From Bacilli bacterium (GTDB lineage Bacteria; Bacillota_I; Bacilli_A; RF39; UBA660), in assembly GCA_016293205.1 (NCBI GenBank), contig JAEDES010000003.1, positions 5,777 to 69,776 on the forward strand: a DNA stretch of 64,000 bases, written 5' to 3'. The position numbers were made by a program, and so were the translations under genes. Under the pieces are notes generated by a model. The model was not told where the DNA came from, searched no databases, and was given only the letters and a program-made list of their open reading frames with translations. Shown in pieces: positions 8,377-17,789 of this stretch; position 1 is the first letter of the stretch; each line of letters starts with the position of its first letter.

Positions 8377-8592
8377 TTAAGCACCTTCCTTTTGTGGTTC
8401 AGTTGTATGAGCTGGGGCTTGTTGTTTTTGTGGAGCACCAAATAATTTTGCACCATCAACAACTGCAGATTTTGTTTCTTCAATACTTTCAATTAAAGCA
8501 ATATTATCATTATCTGGATAATTAACTTTTAATTTTGCAGCAACTTCAAATATTTTATTTACTGCAGTTACATATTTATTATAATCTGACAT
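8377..8592 (-). CDS. 71-aa small protein with a helical N-terminal part and a Pro/Gln-rich tail; candidate T7SS-associated protein
   Basis: MSDYNKYVTAVNKIFEVAAKL...GAPQKQQAPAHTTEPQKEGA. GGAGGG RBS present. It lies 9 nt downstream of the yukD-like gene. Confidence 0.5.
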   Translation of the reverse strand: MSDYNKYVTAVNKIFEVAAKLKVNYPDNDNIALIESIEETKSAVVDGAKLFGAPQKQQAPAHTTEPQKEGA

Positions 8593-8601
8593 TGTACCCT
8601 C

Positions 8602-8859
8602 CTATATTAGAATGATTCTTGAACCATTTTTTAAGTCTGTTTCTCTTACCTTATTATTCACATCATATATTTGACCAGTTTCTTTACTAAAGAAATTAGA
8701 ATCTTGTCTTGGAGCATATGCCCCTTCAGTTATTTCATAAAGTGCATCCTCAATTAGTTTTTTTACTGTACCAATAGTCTTATTAATTGGAATATAAAGG
8801 TCATATGATTTTTCAATTAATGGTATATCTAATTCTACTAATATCTTGTTATTTTCCAT
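8602..8859 (-). CDS. esaB: YukD/EsaB-family ubiquitin-like (beta-grasp) T7SS protein
   Basis: 85 aa. The pattern ...YDLYIPINKTIGTVKKLI...LKNGSRIILI resembles EsaB/YukD. It lies 8 nt after essC. Confidence 0.7.
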   Translation of the reverse strand: MENNKILVELDIPLIEKSYDLYIPINKTIGTVKKLIEDALYEITEGAYAPRQDSNFFSKETGQIYDVNNKVRETDLKNGSRIILI

Positions 8860-8867
8860 ATTTCCTC

Positions 8868-11800
8868 CTATTCATCTGATGCTAATTTAATTAATACTGC
8901 TTTTCCTTTTTTGATTACATAACCCATTGTCTCATCAATTTCTGCACGAAGTAATCTAGCATTTGTTGTAACTTTAAGAGTGAATTGGTTAGAAATGCCA
9001 TTACCCATCCAAATACCTTCAGATAATTGTGCAAGAGCTTTGAACCAACTTTCATAATTAAGACCTTTAATGGCATCAATTGAATCAACAACAACAATCT
9101 TAATTGTTCCTAATTTTGCTATTCCTTCTAGCATTTGAGTAAACTTAGTTTTTTGTTCTTCTTCTAATTTACCTAATAATCCAGATAAACCAGTTATTAT
9201 AGCAAGAACAGGTTCTGTTGTATTATTGGCAACTTTTGCATCATATATTTCTAGCAGTTTATTTACTGCATCATTACATTTATCTGAACCATATGTAATT
9301 GTTGGATGTGTTGGATATTCCTCAAATATTAATGCTGAGTCTAATATGAAACTTTTAGCATTAGGTATACGTAGGAAGTGCTTTGCTAATCCATGAATAA
9401 ATTTTGGATTAGCTGTAATATCATCCCCAGTAACAATGTACAATGGCGTTGGTGATAAGTCGATTGTAGAAATTGTAAGTGCTTCTTTTTCAACTCCAAC
9501 AGGTATTGTTCTAATATTACCAAGTTTACTTTCAACGAATTCAGTTGTAACAACTTCTGGTAAAATTGGAATCTTTTTAGCTTTATTTGGGCAAATGGCT
9601 TGTAATTTCTTACATATAATTTTAATATAATCACTTATTTTTTCTTCTTTGTATGAGTATGCAGTTTGGAATTCATATACTGCTTCTCTTTCAATTAATC
9701 CACGTCCATAAATCTTTGATGGCTCTATTTTTCTGGCACCAGGTAATATGTTGCTATAATCTCCTGGATCATTAAATTGTAAGCAGACATTTTGACTAAA
9801 GTTTTGTCTTGTTCTATATCTAACTGTATTAGTTCCATTTGTTGTTAAAACAAATATTACTCCATATTTTAAACAATCTCTTGTCATTTGATTTATAGCA
9901 TCTTCATAATCTGGATATGTTTCTAAGAATGTTTCAACATTGTTAATAACAACTATAATTTGAGGAATTTGTTTTCCACCATGTGAAATATAGAATTCAT
10001 ACGAACCATTATAATCTACAAAAAGATTTTTTCTTTCTTCAATTATTGCTAATAACATTTTAAATAAGTTTTCAATTTTATCTTTATCTGATGATAATAA
10101 AATATCTCCAACATGTGGTGCATTGTTAAATACTCTTAATGTTTCTGCACCAAAGTCTAATAGATAGAAGTTTACTTCATCAGATGTATGATTTGTAATT
10201 ATTGAATAAATCATACTTGTAATAAGCATTTCCTTACCACTTCCACCTACTCCGTAAATAATTGTATTTCCGTCTTGAGATAGTGGTAAAGTAAATAGTC
10301 CTTGTTTTTGATTATTTGGATCATCATATTCTCCAATAATTGGATTTAAAACATTTTTTTGAGATACATAATTGTATTTTTCTGCTAAAGCATCTGTATA
10401 GATTACATCTGGTATTTTTTCTAACCATAATTGATCTATTACTATGTTGGATTGTTTAGCTTCATTTACAATGTATTGGATAATACTTGTAATTTCTTCA
10501 CCTTTTGATTCTGCTGCAACAGTTTCATTATCAGTATCTAGTACTTTTAATACGTTACCAACATTATCAATCAGTGTTACTGATTGGTCTACTTTTTTCT
10601 TTCTTTTTTCTGTTGGATAGTATTGAGCTCCTCCCCAAGCAGCTTGTCCCATAGCGAACAATTCGTTATAACCTACTTGTAGGTAGAAACGTCCTGCTTG
10701 CTTGATTGATGCTGCATCTGGACATTTAATCATATCCATACTATCTGATTTATCTTGTACTTTTAAACATACACGGAATTTTGAGTTTGACCAAATTTGA
10801 TCATCAACAACTCCAGATGGTTTTTGTGTTGCAAGAATTAAGTGAACTCCTAAGGAACGTCCGATACGAGCAGTTGATATTAACTGTTCCATAAATTCTG
10901 GTCTTTGCGCCTTTAATTCGGCGAACTCATCACTTATGATAAATAAGTGTGAAATAGGTTTTTTAACTTTTCCTTTTCTGAATAAACCTTGATATTTATA
11001 AATATCGATTGAACTTTCATTTAAAGCATCTCTAGCTTCATTAAACATTCTTTGACGTTTACGAAGTTCTGATTGAATAGATGCTAATGAACGGTTCATT
11101 TCATTTGTATCTAAGTTTGTTATTGTACCGGCTAAGTGGGGTAGTTTCATGCCTGTTTCTTTATTTTGGAATACTCCGGCTAAACCTCCTCCTTTGTAAT
11201 CGATCAATACGAATGATACTTCGTAAGGATGATAGTTTATAGCCATTGAAGCGATATAAGTTACAATAAATTCTGATTTACCAGAACCTGTCATACCGGC
11301 TACAAGACCATGTGGTCCGTGGAATTTTTCATGTAAATCAAGTTTAAATAATTCTCTAGATTTATCAAGTCCAACTGGTGCTTGTAATGTTTTAGTAGGA
11401 TCATTATTTTTCCATCTACTTAAGATGTTTAGTTGCTCTACCATACCAACATTGTACATTTCTAGGAATGTTACTGATTTTGGTAAACTTTGTTCTTGTT
11501 TTGCTATATCAATTGGAATGTTTGCTAATAATTTAGCACATTCATACATATTTAGTGTAGGATCATAGTCAGCAACGAATTCTTTTTGTTTATTTGAAAC
11601 TAATTCATTTTCAAAAATACCTGACTTTTTATCCCCTAAACTTATGAATGCTTTACATTCATTTGGAATGTTAATTAATCTTGGACTTATTACTATTAAA
11701 CTAAATCCAATATTTAATTTAGATTCTGCAATATCTTTTATCAATTCAATATCACGATATTCTTTATAATCATCTGTAATGATTACGTAGTATGGTTTTC

Positions 11801-13457
11801 TTTGTTTATAATCAATTGTACTTAGTTCTTTTTCACCATTGCTACTTTCTGTATATTTTCTTGCTTGTACTTCTTTTTCAAGTACTAGTGAAACTTCTTT
11901 TGCTTCATCTTTATTGCTTGCATAGAATCTAATCATATGGTCATTACTCCAACAGTGTGGAGCAATTTTTAAATATTCCCAGTTTGAAGAATTCTTTTCT
12001 GTTGTGAATACAACAATTTTTAAATCTTCGTAACTATGATATGTTAGCATTTGTAATACTAAACCATCAATAAATTGTTGTTTTGTTGCTGTTGAGCCAA
12101 TAATTGCAGAGATATTTTTTTCTGCAAATGATAATGAAACTGGAACATTTTCAAGAATTTTTGTATCATTTTTAATTTTATAAACTTCTTTTAATAATTC
12201 ATCACAATCTAGTGAGAAACTTTCAGTTGGACAGTTAATTGTTCCTTTTAATTCTGTTGAACCAATACCTAGTCTTAAATCTAAGAAGTCTTCTTGATCA
12301 ATTTCTCTTTCCCATAGATTTCTTTTCTTACTTGAAATAATTTCTCTAGTTGATGCGATTGGTAAATAGTTGTCTATTAATATTTGTGTTTGAATTTTCA
12401 TTTCGGCAACTATTTTTTCATGTTTTTCTTTTATATATTTACGATATTTTTTGTTTCTTTCTTTATCTTCTCTTTTCGCTTTTCTCTTTTGGTAACGTTT
12501 ATTTAATGTTGGCCAGATAAACATTGTACTTAGCATTGCTCCTGCTGATATTACTTGTCCACTAACATCAGAAAAGTCTTGAGTACCATTAATAACATTC
12601 ATTAAAGCAGTAAATCCTGCTGACATTGAAGAGAACCCCATTGTAATCATTGGCCCTAACGAGTAGATTGCAGGTGTTTCATCTTCTTTATATGCTGAAC
12701 CTGGAGGCGGATCAATTGTTATATTAACCGGTTCAATTCTTGTTTTAAATCTAGGTGCTCTAAAGAAATAATCTTCTTCTTTGTAGAATTCAATACCTTC
12801 TTCATCTGGATTATCAAATTCATGTTGAGTTTGAACAATTGGTCTTTCCATATCAAATTTTGTATTATCAAATCTTACAAAATTTCCAATATTATTAATT
12901 ATTATAGATTGTTCCATAACAATTATTTTTAATCCCATTATAAATACAATATCACCATATTCTAATGTAGTTTGCGATGTTATTGCTTTATTATTTACAT
13001 AAGTCCCGTATTTACTATTTAAATCTTGTACTGTCCAAGAACCACCATTATATATTAATCTTGCTTGTTCTTTAGACACTAAAGGATACTCATAGCAGAT
13101 AGTTGCTTTTGAGTCATTACCTATTAAAATTTCCCCTGGATTTTTCATACGTAATTTTACTGTACTTGGTTCCATTGTTGGAGAACAATATAAAATTACG
13201 TATTCATTGTCTGTATTTATTTTTAAGAAATATAAACTGTATTCACGAAGAATTGCAGATGATATTTCTTGATCACCGTTCATAATCTTTGTTTCAAAGT
13301 CACTCTTAATTTTCCATTGGCCATTTTCTTCTTCAACGTTGATTAAGTTTCTTTCGTTACCTAAGTAATCGTTATCTTTGATCCAATAATTTCCAGCTAT
13401 TTCTGTTGGTAATGTGAAATTATAAATTTTGCTTTTTTTAATTAATCTTACAATCAC
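8868..13457 (-). CDS. essC: EssC/YukB-type FtsK/SpoIIIE-family T7SS ATPase with N-terminal FHA domains
   Basis: 1529 aa. It has an FHA-like region (GNDSKATICYEYPLVSKEQARLIYNGGSWTVQDLNSKYGTYVNN), two TM helices around aa 260-320, and P-loops GMTGSGKSE and GVGGSGKE. The third ATPase module has a degenerate P-loop. GTG start with GGGGTGA RBS. Confidence 0.9.
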   Translation of the reverse strand: MIVRLIKKSKIYNFTLPTEIAGNYWIKDNDYLGNERNLINVEEENGQWKIKSDFETKIMNGDQEISSAILREYSLYFLKINTDNEYVILYCSPTMEPSTVKLRMKNPGEILIGNDSKATICYEYPLVSKEQARLIYNGGSWTVQDLNSKYGTYVNNKAITSQTTLEYGDIVFIMGLKIIVMEQSIIINNIGNFVRFDNTKFDMERPIVQTQHEFDNPDEEGIEFYKEEDYFFRAPRFKTRIEPVNITIDPPPGSAYKEDETPAIYSLGPMITMGFSSMSAGFTALMNVINGTQDFSDVSGQVISAGAMLSTMFIWPTLNKRYQKRKAKREDKERNKKYRKYIKEKHEKIVAEMKIQTQILIDNYLPIASTREIISSKKRNLWEREIDQEDFLDLRLGIGSTELKGTINCPTESFSLDCDELLKEVYKIKNDTKILENVPVSLSFAEKNISAIIGSTATKQQFIDGLVLQMLTYHSYEDLKIVVFTTEKNSSNWEYLKIAPHCWSNDHMIRFYASNKDEAKEVSLVLEKEVQARKYTESSNGEKELSTIDYKQRKPYYVIITDDYKEYRDIELIKDIAESKLNIGFSLIVISPRLINIPNECKAFISLGDKKSGIFENELVSNKQKEFVADYDPTLNMYECAKLLANIPIDIAKQEQSLPKSVTFLEMYNVGMVEQLNILSRWKNNDPTKTLQAPVGLDKSRELFKLDLHEKFHGPHGLVAGMTGSGKSEFIVTYIASMAINYHPYEVSFVLIDYKGGGLAGVFQNKETGMKLPHLAGTITNLDTNEMNRSLASIQSELRKRQRMFNEARDALNESSIDIYKYQGLFRKGKVKKPISHLFIISDEFAELKAQRPEFMEQLISTARIGRSLGVHLILATQKPSGVVDDQIWSNSKFRVCLKVQDKSDSMDMIKCPDAASIKQAGRFYLQVGYNELFAMGQAAWGGAQYYPTEKRKKKVDQSVTLIDNVGNVLKVLDTDNETVAAESKGEEITSIIQYIVNEAKQSNIVIDQLWLEKIPDVIYTDALAEKYNYVSQKNVLNPIIGEYDDPNNQKQGLFTLPLSQDGNTIIYGVGGSGKEMLITSMIYSIITNHTSDEVNFYLLDFGAETLRVFNNAPHVGDILLSSDKDKIENLFKMLLAIIEERKNLFVDYNGSYEFYISHGGKQIPQIIVVINNVETFLETYPDYEDAINQMTRDCLKYGVIFVLTTNGTNTVRYRTRQNFSQNVCLQFNDPGDYSNILPGARKIEPSKIYGRGLIEREAVYEFQTAYSYKEEKISDYIKIICKKLQAICPNKAKKIPILPEVVTTEFVESKLGNIRTIPVGVEKEALTISTIDLSPTPLYIVTGDDITANPKFIHGLAKHFLRIPNAKSFILDSALIFEEYPTHPTITYGSDKCNDAVNKLLEIYDAKVANNTTEPVLAIITGLSGLLGKLEEEQKTKFTQMLEGIAKLGTIKIVVVDSIDAIKGLNYESWFKALAQLSEGIWMGNGISNQFTLKVTTNARLLRAEIDETMGYVIKKGKAVLIKLASDE

Positions 13458-13495
13458 TAGAAATCACCCCAGATACTATTCCTATTCTATACTAA

Positions 13496-13524
13496 ATTAT
13501 ATCTTTTTTTTTATGTTTTTACAA
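13496..13524 (-). promoter_or_regulatory. SigA-type promoter of the essC operon (TTGTAA-17-TATAAT)
   Basis: Reverse complement reads TTGTAAaaacataaaaaaaaagaTATAAT, about 40 nt upstream of the essC start. Confidence 0.6.
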
Positions 13525-13597
13525 TAGTTATTTGCTTTTTACGTTAAGAATAAAATAACACATTTTTATTTTATACATATTGTATATTGGTGATTAT

Positions 13598-14383
13598 ATG
13601 TTTAATTATTTTTGTAGTTTATCCCCTATTGTTCAGGCCTTTTTGGGTGGGTGTTTTACTTGGTTTATTACTTCTTTAGGAGCAGGGATTGTTTTTTTCA
13701 TTAGAAGAGAAAATAACAAGTTAATGAAATGTCTTAGTGCCTTTGCAGGTGGAATTATGTTGGCGGCTGCTTTTTGGTCTTTATTAAATCCTGCTGTTGA
13801 AATTAGTGAAGAAGTTGGTCTTAATAGTCCTTTAATATTATCTAGTGGATTTTTACTTGGTGTTTTATTATTAATTGGATTTGATTATTTTTGTAAAAAG
13901 ATATATGAAAAGAAAGATAATAATTATTATAAAAGAAGTTGGTTAGTTATTTTATCAATCACTATTCATAATATTCCTGAAGGTTTGATTGTAGGTGTTG
14001 CTTTTGGTTCTGTTGTTAATGGTATCGGAAATTATGGAATCATTGAGGCTTTACTTTTAACTTTAAGTATTGCAATACAAAATTTTCCTGAGGGTTGTTC
14101 TATCAGTTTACCATTAAGAAGAGATGGCTATTCAAATAAAAAATCTTTCTTAATTGGACAAGCTAGTGCATTAGTTGAACCTATTTCTGCTGTTTTAGGC
14201 GCATTACTTGTTATGAAAATACAATTGATTTTACCATTCCTTTTAGCTTTTGCTGCTGGTGCAATGGTATTTGTTGTTGTAAGTGAACTTGTTCCTGATA
14301 TGAATGATAAAGGTTATTTAACTACATTTATATTTATAATAGGATTTATTTTGATGATGGTTTTAGATATTGGTATAAAATAA
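13598..14383 (+). CDS. zupT: ZIP-family divalent metal transporter (ZupT-like)
   Basis: Polytopic membrane protein with HNIPEGLIVGVAFG and QNFPEG motifs. The track start at 13580 is TTG; the ATG at 13598 is preferred. Confidence 0.8.
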   Translation: MFNYFCSLSPIVQAFLGGCFTWFITSLGAGIVFFIRRENNKLMKCLSAFAGGIMLAAAFWSLLNPAVEISEEVGLNSPLILSSGFLLGVLLLIGFDYFCKKIYEKKDNNYYKRSWLVILSITIHNIPEGLIVGVAFGSVVNGIGNYGIIEALLLTLSIAIQNFPEGCSISLPLRRDGYSNKKSFLIGQASALVEPISAVLGALLVMKIQLILPFLLAFAAGAMVFVVVSELVPDMNDKGYLTTFIFIIGFILMMVLDIGIK

Positions 14384-14384
14384 A

Positions 14385-14404
14385 AAGTCCGAGTAATCGG
14401 ACTT
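14385..14404. terminator. Hairpin between convergent zupT and the MBL gene (8-bp stem AAGTCCGA/TCGGACTT)
   Basis: Read from the sequence. The U-tract is only convincing for the minus-strand transcript. Confidence 0.5.
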
Positions 14405-15113
14405 AAATTATTATTTCTTGACCATCTTCTGGTACAATTATGTTTTCAATTTTTAATTCAATTAATTTCTCTCTTGTTGGTATTTCCATATGGCTTACAA
14501 CATATGTACATTGTGGATATTTTTCTGATAAGTATTTTAAATTATCTATTCCCATGTGTTTTGTAGTTCCTTCTGGAAACATGCAATCACAGAAAAGATA
14601 ATCACATTTTGATGACATATATTCGACATTTTCACATAATGCTGTATCTCCTGTGAATCCAATATATTTATCATTATCCTTAAAAATGTATCCATACGAC
14701 GGCATTCTACCATGTTCTACTTCTACTCTTTCTACGGAGTATTTTTTTAATTCAAATATATTTTTATGTTCATATTTAAGATTTAATATTTTTAATATTT
14801 CTGCTGTTGAATTTGGAAAAGCTAGTTTTAATAGGTTTTTTATTTTTCTTTTTCCTTCTTTTCCACAATAGATGTTAATATCTAATAATTTGGATTTTGA
14901 TTTTAATAAAAAATAGAATGGTATATCAAAATAATGATCTCCATGAAAATGTGTGATAACTATATCTTCTATAGAATTTGGATTTATATCAAATCTAAAT
15001 AAATTTTTACATGTACCATTTGGAAAATCTACCATTGTTTTTTTATCTATTAAGTATGAAGCACTATTATATTTATTCCACATACTTCCACTACCAACTA
15101 CTTTTACTTTCAT
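14403..15113 (-). CDS. Metallo-beta-lactamase-fold hydrolase
   Basis: 236 aa with the HxHxDH motif (THFHGDHYFD). Confidence 0.75.
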   Translation of the reverse strand: MKVKVVGSGSMWNKYNSASYLIDKKTMVDFPNGTCKNLFRFDINPNSIEDIVITHFHGDHYFDIPFYFLLKSKSKLLDINIYCGKEGKRKIKNLLKLAFPNSTAEILKILNLKYEHKNIFELKKYSVERVEVEHGRMPSYGYIFKDNDKYIGFTGDTALCENVEYMSSKCDYLFCDCMFPEGTTKHMGIDNLKYLSEKYPQCTYVVSHMEIPTREKLIELKIENIIVPEDGQEIII

Positions 15114-15122
15114 TTTCCACCT

Positions 15123-15527
15123 CTATTTTATTAGTTTCTTTTGAAGGCAGTATGGTATTACTTCATTTTTTAATGTATTTGATAGCATTTCTGTACCAAG
15201 TGCTGAATCATACCATTCAAATTTTTCAATTTCTTCTGATGTTGTTAGCACTCCTTCTAATTCACCATCATATTTGAATACATAAAAATGAATTGGAGTT
15301 TTTCCATCACTTGTTGCGATTTCATCAAATTCCATAACTAATTCGATTTTATTTTCATCAAATATGGCATCTTTTCCTAGTTCTTCATGGCATTCTCTTA
15401 TTGCTGCTTCTTGAGGAGTTTCACCTTCCTCTACTCTTCCACCTATCATTTGATATGTTGGCCTTTTTCGAGGTTTATCAATTAATAGTTTATTGTCTTT
15501 AAAAAACATTGTTCCTACTACTTTCAT
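15123..15527 (-). CDS. NUDIX hydrolase
   Basis: 134 aa with Nudix box GGRVEEGETPQEAAIRECHEELG. Confidence 0.85.
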   Translation of the reverse strand: MKVVGTMFFKDNKLLIDKPRKRPTYQMIGGRVEEGETPQEAAIRECHEELGKDAIFDENKIELVMEFDEIATSDGKTPIHFYVFKYDGELEGVLTTSEEIEKFEWYDSALGTEMLSNTLKNEVIPYCLQKKLIK

Positions 15528-15564
15528 CTTATCACCTGAAATTATTATATCAAATATTTAGGCA

Positions 15565-15589
15565 GCAAAAAAGTCCACATAGTGGACTT
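15565..15589 (-). terminator. Rho-independent terminator of rplM-rpsI
   Basis: AAGTCCAC-ata-GTGGACTT, followed by a T run on the minus strand. Confidence 0.75.
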
Positions 15590-15602
15590 TTGAAACTTTG
15601 TA

Positions 15603-16028
15603 TTAACGTTTTGAGAATTGTGGAGCACGACGTGCTTTCTTTAATCCTGGTTTCTTACGTTCTTTCTTACGAGAATCTCTAGTAATGAATCCTTCAGCTT
15701 TTAATGTTTTTCTGAAACTATTTTCTGAATCTGCAGGTGTAGTTTTGTCATAATCTAATAATGCTCTTGTAATACCTAAACGGATAGCTCCAGTTTGTCC
15801 TTGGAATCCTCCACCTTTAACTTTAGCATCTACATCGAACATTTCTCTTGTGTTAGTTACATCAAGAGGTTGACATAAATCCATAACTAATACTTCGAAT
15901 GGTAAATAATCATGAACATCTTTTCCATTAACTGTAATTTTTCCAGTTCCTGGAGTTAAAGTAACACGAGCTACAGAAGTTTTTCTGTGTCCAGTTCCTG
16001 TATAAACGTTTTTCTTTTCTTTTGCCAT
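15603..16028 (-). CDS. rpsI: 30S ribosomal protein S9
   Basis: 141 aa with [12 protein letters not shown] and a C-terminal ...[10 protein letters not shown]. It has a short internal insertion relative to typical ~130-aa S9. Confidence 0.97.
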   Translation of the reverse strand: MAKEKKNVYTGTGHRKTSVARVTLTPGTGKITVNGKDVHDYLPFEVLVMDLCQPLDVTNTREMFDVDAKVKGGGFQGQTGAIRLGITRALLDYDKTTPADSENSFRKTLKAEGFITRDSRKKERKKPGLKKARRAPQFSKR

Positions 16029-16041
16029 AACTTATACCCTC

Positions 16042-16473
16042 CTACTTAACTTCAAGCACTTCTGGTTTTTGTGCTTGGTGTTTATGTTCGTTTCCTGCAT
16101 AAACGAATAATTTCTTGTACATTTGTCTTCCAAGTCTATTATGTGGAAGCATTCCTTTGATTGCTCTTTCCATCATTTCAACTGGATATTCTTCTCTCAT
16201 TACTTTTGCAGTTCTTTCTCTTAAACCACCTTGATACATTGAGTGATCATAATACATTTTGTCTTCTAACTTATTACCAGTTAAAGTAACTTTTTGTGCA
16301 TTGATGATTACAACGTTGTCTCCGCAATCAATATGTGGAGTATAAGTTGGTTTGTTTTTTCCACGTAAGTATACTGCTGCTAAAGAAGCAACTCTACCTA
16401 AAGATTTACCTTCAGCATCAATAACATACCATTTACGTTCTACTGTTTCTTTTTTTTGCATATAACTTGTCAT
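16042..16473 (-). CDS. rplM: 50S ribosomal protein L13
   Basis: 143 aa. ...[17 protein letters not shown]... is typical of uL13. Confidence 0.97.
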   Translation of the reverse strand: MTSYMQKKETVERKWYVIDAEGKSLGRVASLAAVYLRGKNKPTYTPHIDCGDNVVIINAQKVTLTGNKLEDKMYYDHSMYQGGLRERTAKVMREEYPVEMMERAIKGMLPHNRLGRQMYKKLFVYAGNEHKHQAQKPEVLEVK

Positions 16474-16548
16474 AATTTTCTCCTTTTACTTAAATCAGAC
16501 TTCCCACGGTCCAATTTATGTGGGGATATTTCGAATGTACCGATTATG

Positions 16549-16577
16549 ATTATACTAAAAATTTCTTTAAAAATCAA
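16549..16577 (-). promoter_or_regulatory. SigA-type promoter of rplM-rpsI (TTGATT-17-TATAAT), followed by a ~70-nt leader with a CCCCAC/GTGGGA stem
   Basis: Reverse complement reads TTGATTtttaaagaaatttttagTATAAT. The leader contains tCCCCACataaattggaccGTGGGAa, so it is a possible L13-type autoregulatory leader. Confidence 0.55.
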
Positions 16578-16613
16578 TAGTTTTTTGTATTATTTCATAA
16601 GGTTTTCCCACAT

Positions 16614-16961
16614 TTAAATTGACTTTGTAGTTTGGTCTGCTAAATCCATTTCCCCTTCTAATTCACCGATGGCGATTAGTGCTTGTTCTAGTTGTTCATC
16701 TGACATAGATTCAACACATGCATATGCATCTGAAAGTGTTGCTCCATAGGCAACTTGATCCCTAGCTATGATTGATCCTGTAGACATACTAGCAGTTAAA
16801 CTTGCTATTATTGCTGTATTCTTTTTTGACTGAGCTAATGTTGATGATGCACCTCTTTTTTCATCAATTTTTTGGACTGTTGCAATAGATGAGTGTGCAG
16901 TTGGAACTGCTGTTGCTGTTCCTGTTCCTATAAACGCTGTTGCTGTTAATGATTCTAACAT
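16614..16961 (-). CDS. 115-aa Ser/Thr/Ala-rich small protein with acidic C-terminal helix; paralogue of the 96-aa ORF at 17790..18080
   Basis: Shares the blocks D.Y..V.SMS.EQL and C-terminal TK(S/T)I with the 96-aa protein. GGGGAGGA RBS present, with its start 1 nt after the stop of the 246-aa gene. Confidence 0.55.
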   Translation of the reverse strand: MLESLTATAFIGTGTATAVPTAHSSIATVQKIDEKRGASSTLAQSKKNTAIIASLTASMSTGSIIARDQVAYGATLSDAYACVESMSDEQLEQALIAIGELEGEMDLADQTTKSI

Positions 16962-16962
16962 A

Positions 16963-17703
16963 TTATTTTCCTCCCCTGTTTTTATTGGCTGCTTGATTTG
17001 CTGCTAATGTTGTTTGAACTAATGAACGTAATTGTTCTAGTTGTTCTTTTGTTTCTATTCCTTCAATAATTTGTTTCATTGTTGGAATATCCTCTGTTTT
17101 TTCCATGGCTTTACTAATTACCTTAGCTGCTTCTCCGTGTTTTTGCATGTTGTTTGCCATTCTTCTTGCTTCCATCTTTTTGAATGTATCTTCTCTTTCT
17201 TGGAAGCGATATATATTATAATTTTGAATATTTATACATTGAAAGTTTATAAAGGCACTTGCTAATTCTTCTATTAAAAATGGTATTGCAAATGGAATTC
17301 CTGCGATTGTTGCTGCTGTTAACAATGGTATTGTTATTGCATTTATAATTATTCCTCTTTTATGAATATTTTTATTCCAATTTAAATAATAAATCATTTC
17401 TGTTGGTTTATTCATATCCATATGATAGTTTCTATTTTGTTCTCGATGCCATTCTTTTCTCATTGCCATTTTTAATTTACGAGTTTCATCAATTATTCTT
17501 TTTTGGTCTTCTTCTGTTTTGGCTTTCTTTAATAATTTTCTTTTCTTTTTATCACATTGTTTGTCATAAAACACTAAAAAGTTTGGCCATAATTTTTTTA
17601 ATACTTTAAACTTAATATCTTCTACTTTAAAGACAACTTTTTGAAATTGCAATGCACCAAGTTTTTCGCATTGCTTTATCTTTTTTTGATAATCGCCCTT
17701 CAT
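16963..17703 (-). CDS. 246-aa membrane protein with basic N-terminal region, central hydrophobic hairpin and helical C-terminal tail
   Basis: Hydrophobic core is IIINAITIPLLTAATIAGIPFAIPFLIEEL. The N-terminal LGALQFQKVVFKVE and the later INFQCINIQNYNIYRF blocks resemble, from memory only, the CrtO-like acyltransferase family (glycosyl-4,4'-diaponeurosporenoate acyltransferase). Confidence 0.5.
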   Translation of the reverse strand: MKGDYQKKIKQCEKLGALQFQKVVFKVEDIKFKVLKKLWPNFLVFYDKQCDKKKRKLLKKAKTEEDQKRIIDETRKLKMAMRKEWHREQNRNYHMDMNKPTEMIYYLNWNKNIHKRGIIINAITIPLLTAATIAGIPFAIPFLIEELASAFINFQCINIQNYNIYRFQEREDTFKKMEARRMANNMQKHGEAAKVISKAMEKTEDIPTMKQIIEGIETKEQLEQLRSLVQTTLAANQAANKNRGGK

Positions 17704-17741
17704 AAATTTTTCCCCCTATTACTCTCCATTGAGTGTCACTT

Positions 17742-17770
17742 ATTATACCATAAAAGGGCAAAAAAATCAA
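17742..17770 (-). promoter_or_regulatory. SigA-type promoter for the 246-aa/115-aa gene pair (TTGATT-17-TATAAT)
   Basis: Reverse complement reads cTATTGATTtttttgcccttttatggTATAAT. It shares the CTATTGATTTTT upstream half with the rplM promoter. Confidence 0.55.
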
Positions 17771-17789
17771 TAGAAGGTCTTTCTACTGA

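Noticed and set aside
8376-8492. N-terminal 39 codons of the 115-aa track ORF (8145..8492)
   Set aside because: This part overlaps the 71-aa gene in another frame and has no RBS. An internal ATG at 8375 has a GGAAGGTG RBS and sits 1 nt after the upstream stop, so the shorter 76-aa product is preferred.
8915-9634. Small ORFs inside essC (8915..9097, 9386..9634 minus; 9436..9630 plus)
   Set aside because: They are embedded in alternative or antisense frames of a 1529-aa gene with clear domain content. They have no RBS or conservation signal.
13458-13597. Zur/metal-repressor palindrome upstream of the ZIP transporter
   Set aside because: No convincing AT-rich palindrome of the Zur type was found, only short imperfect repeats such as AATAGTTATT.
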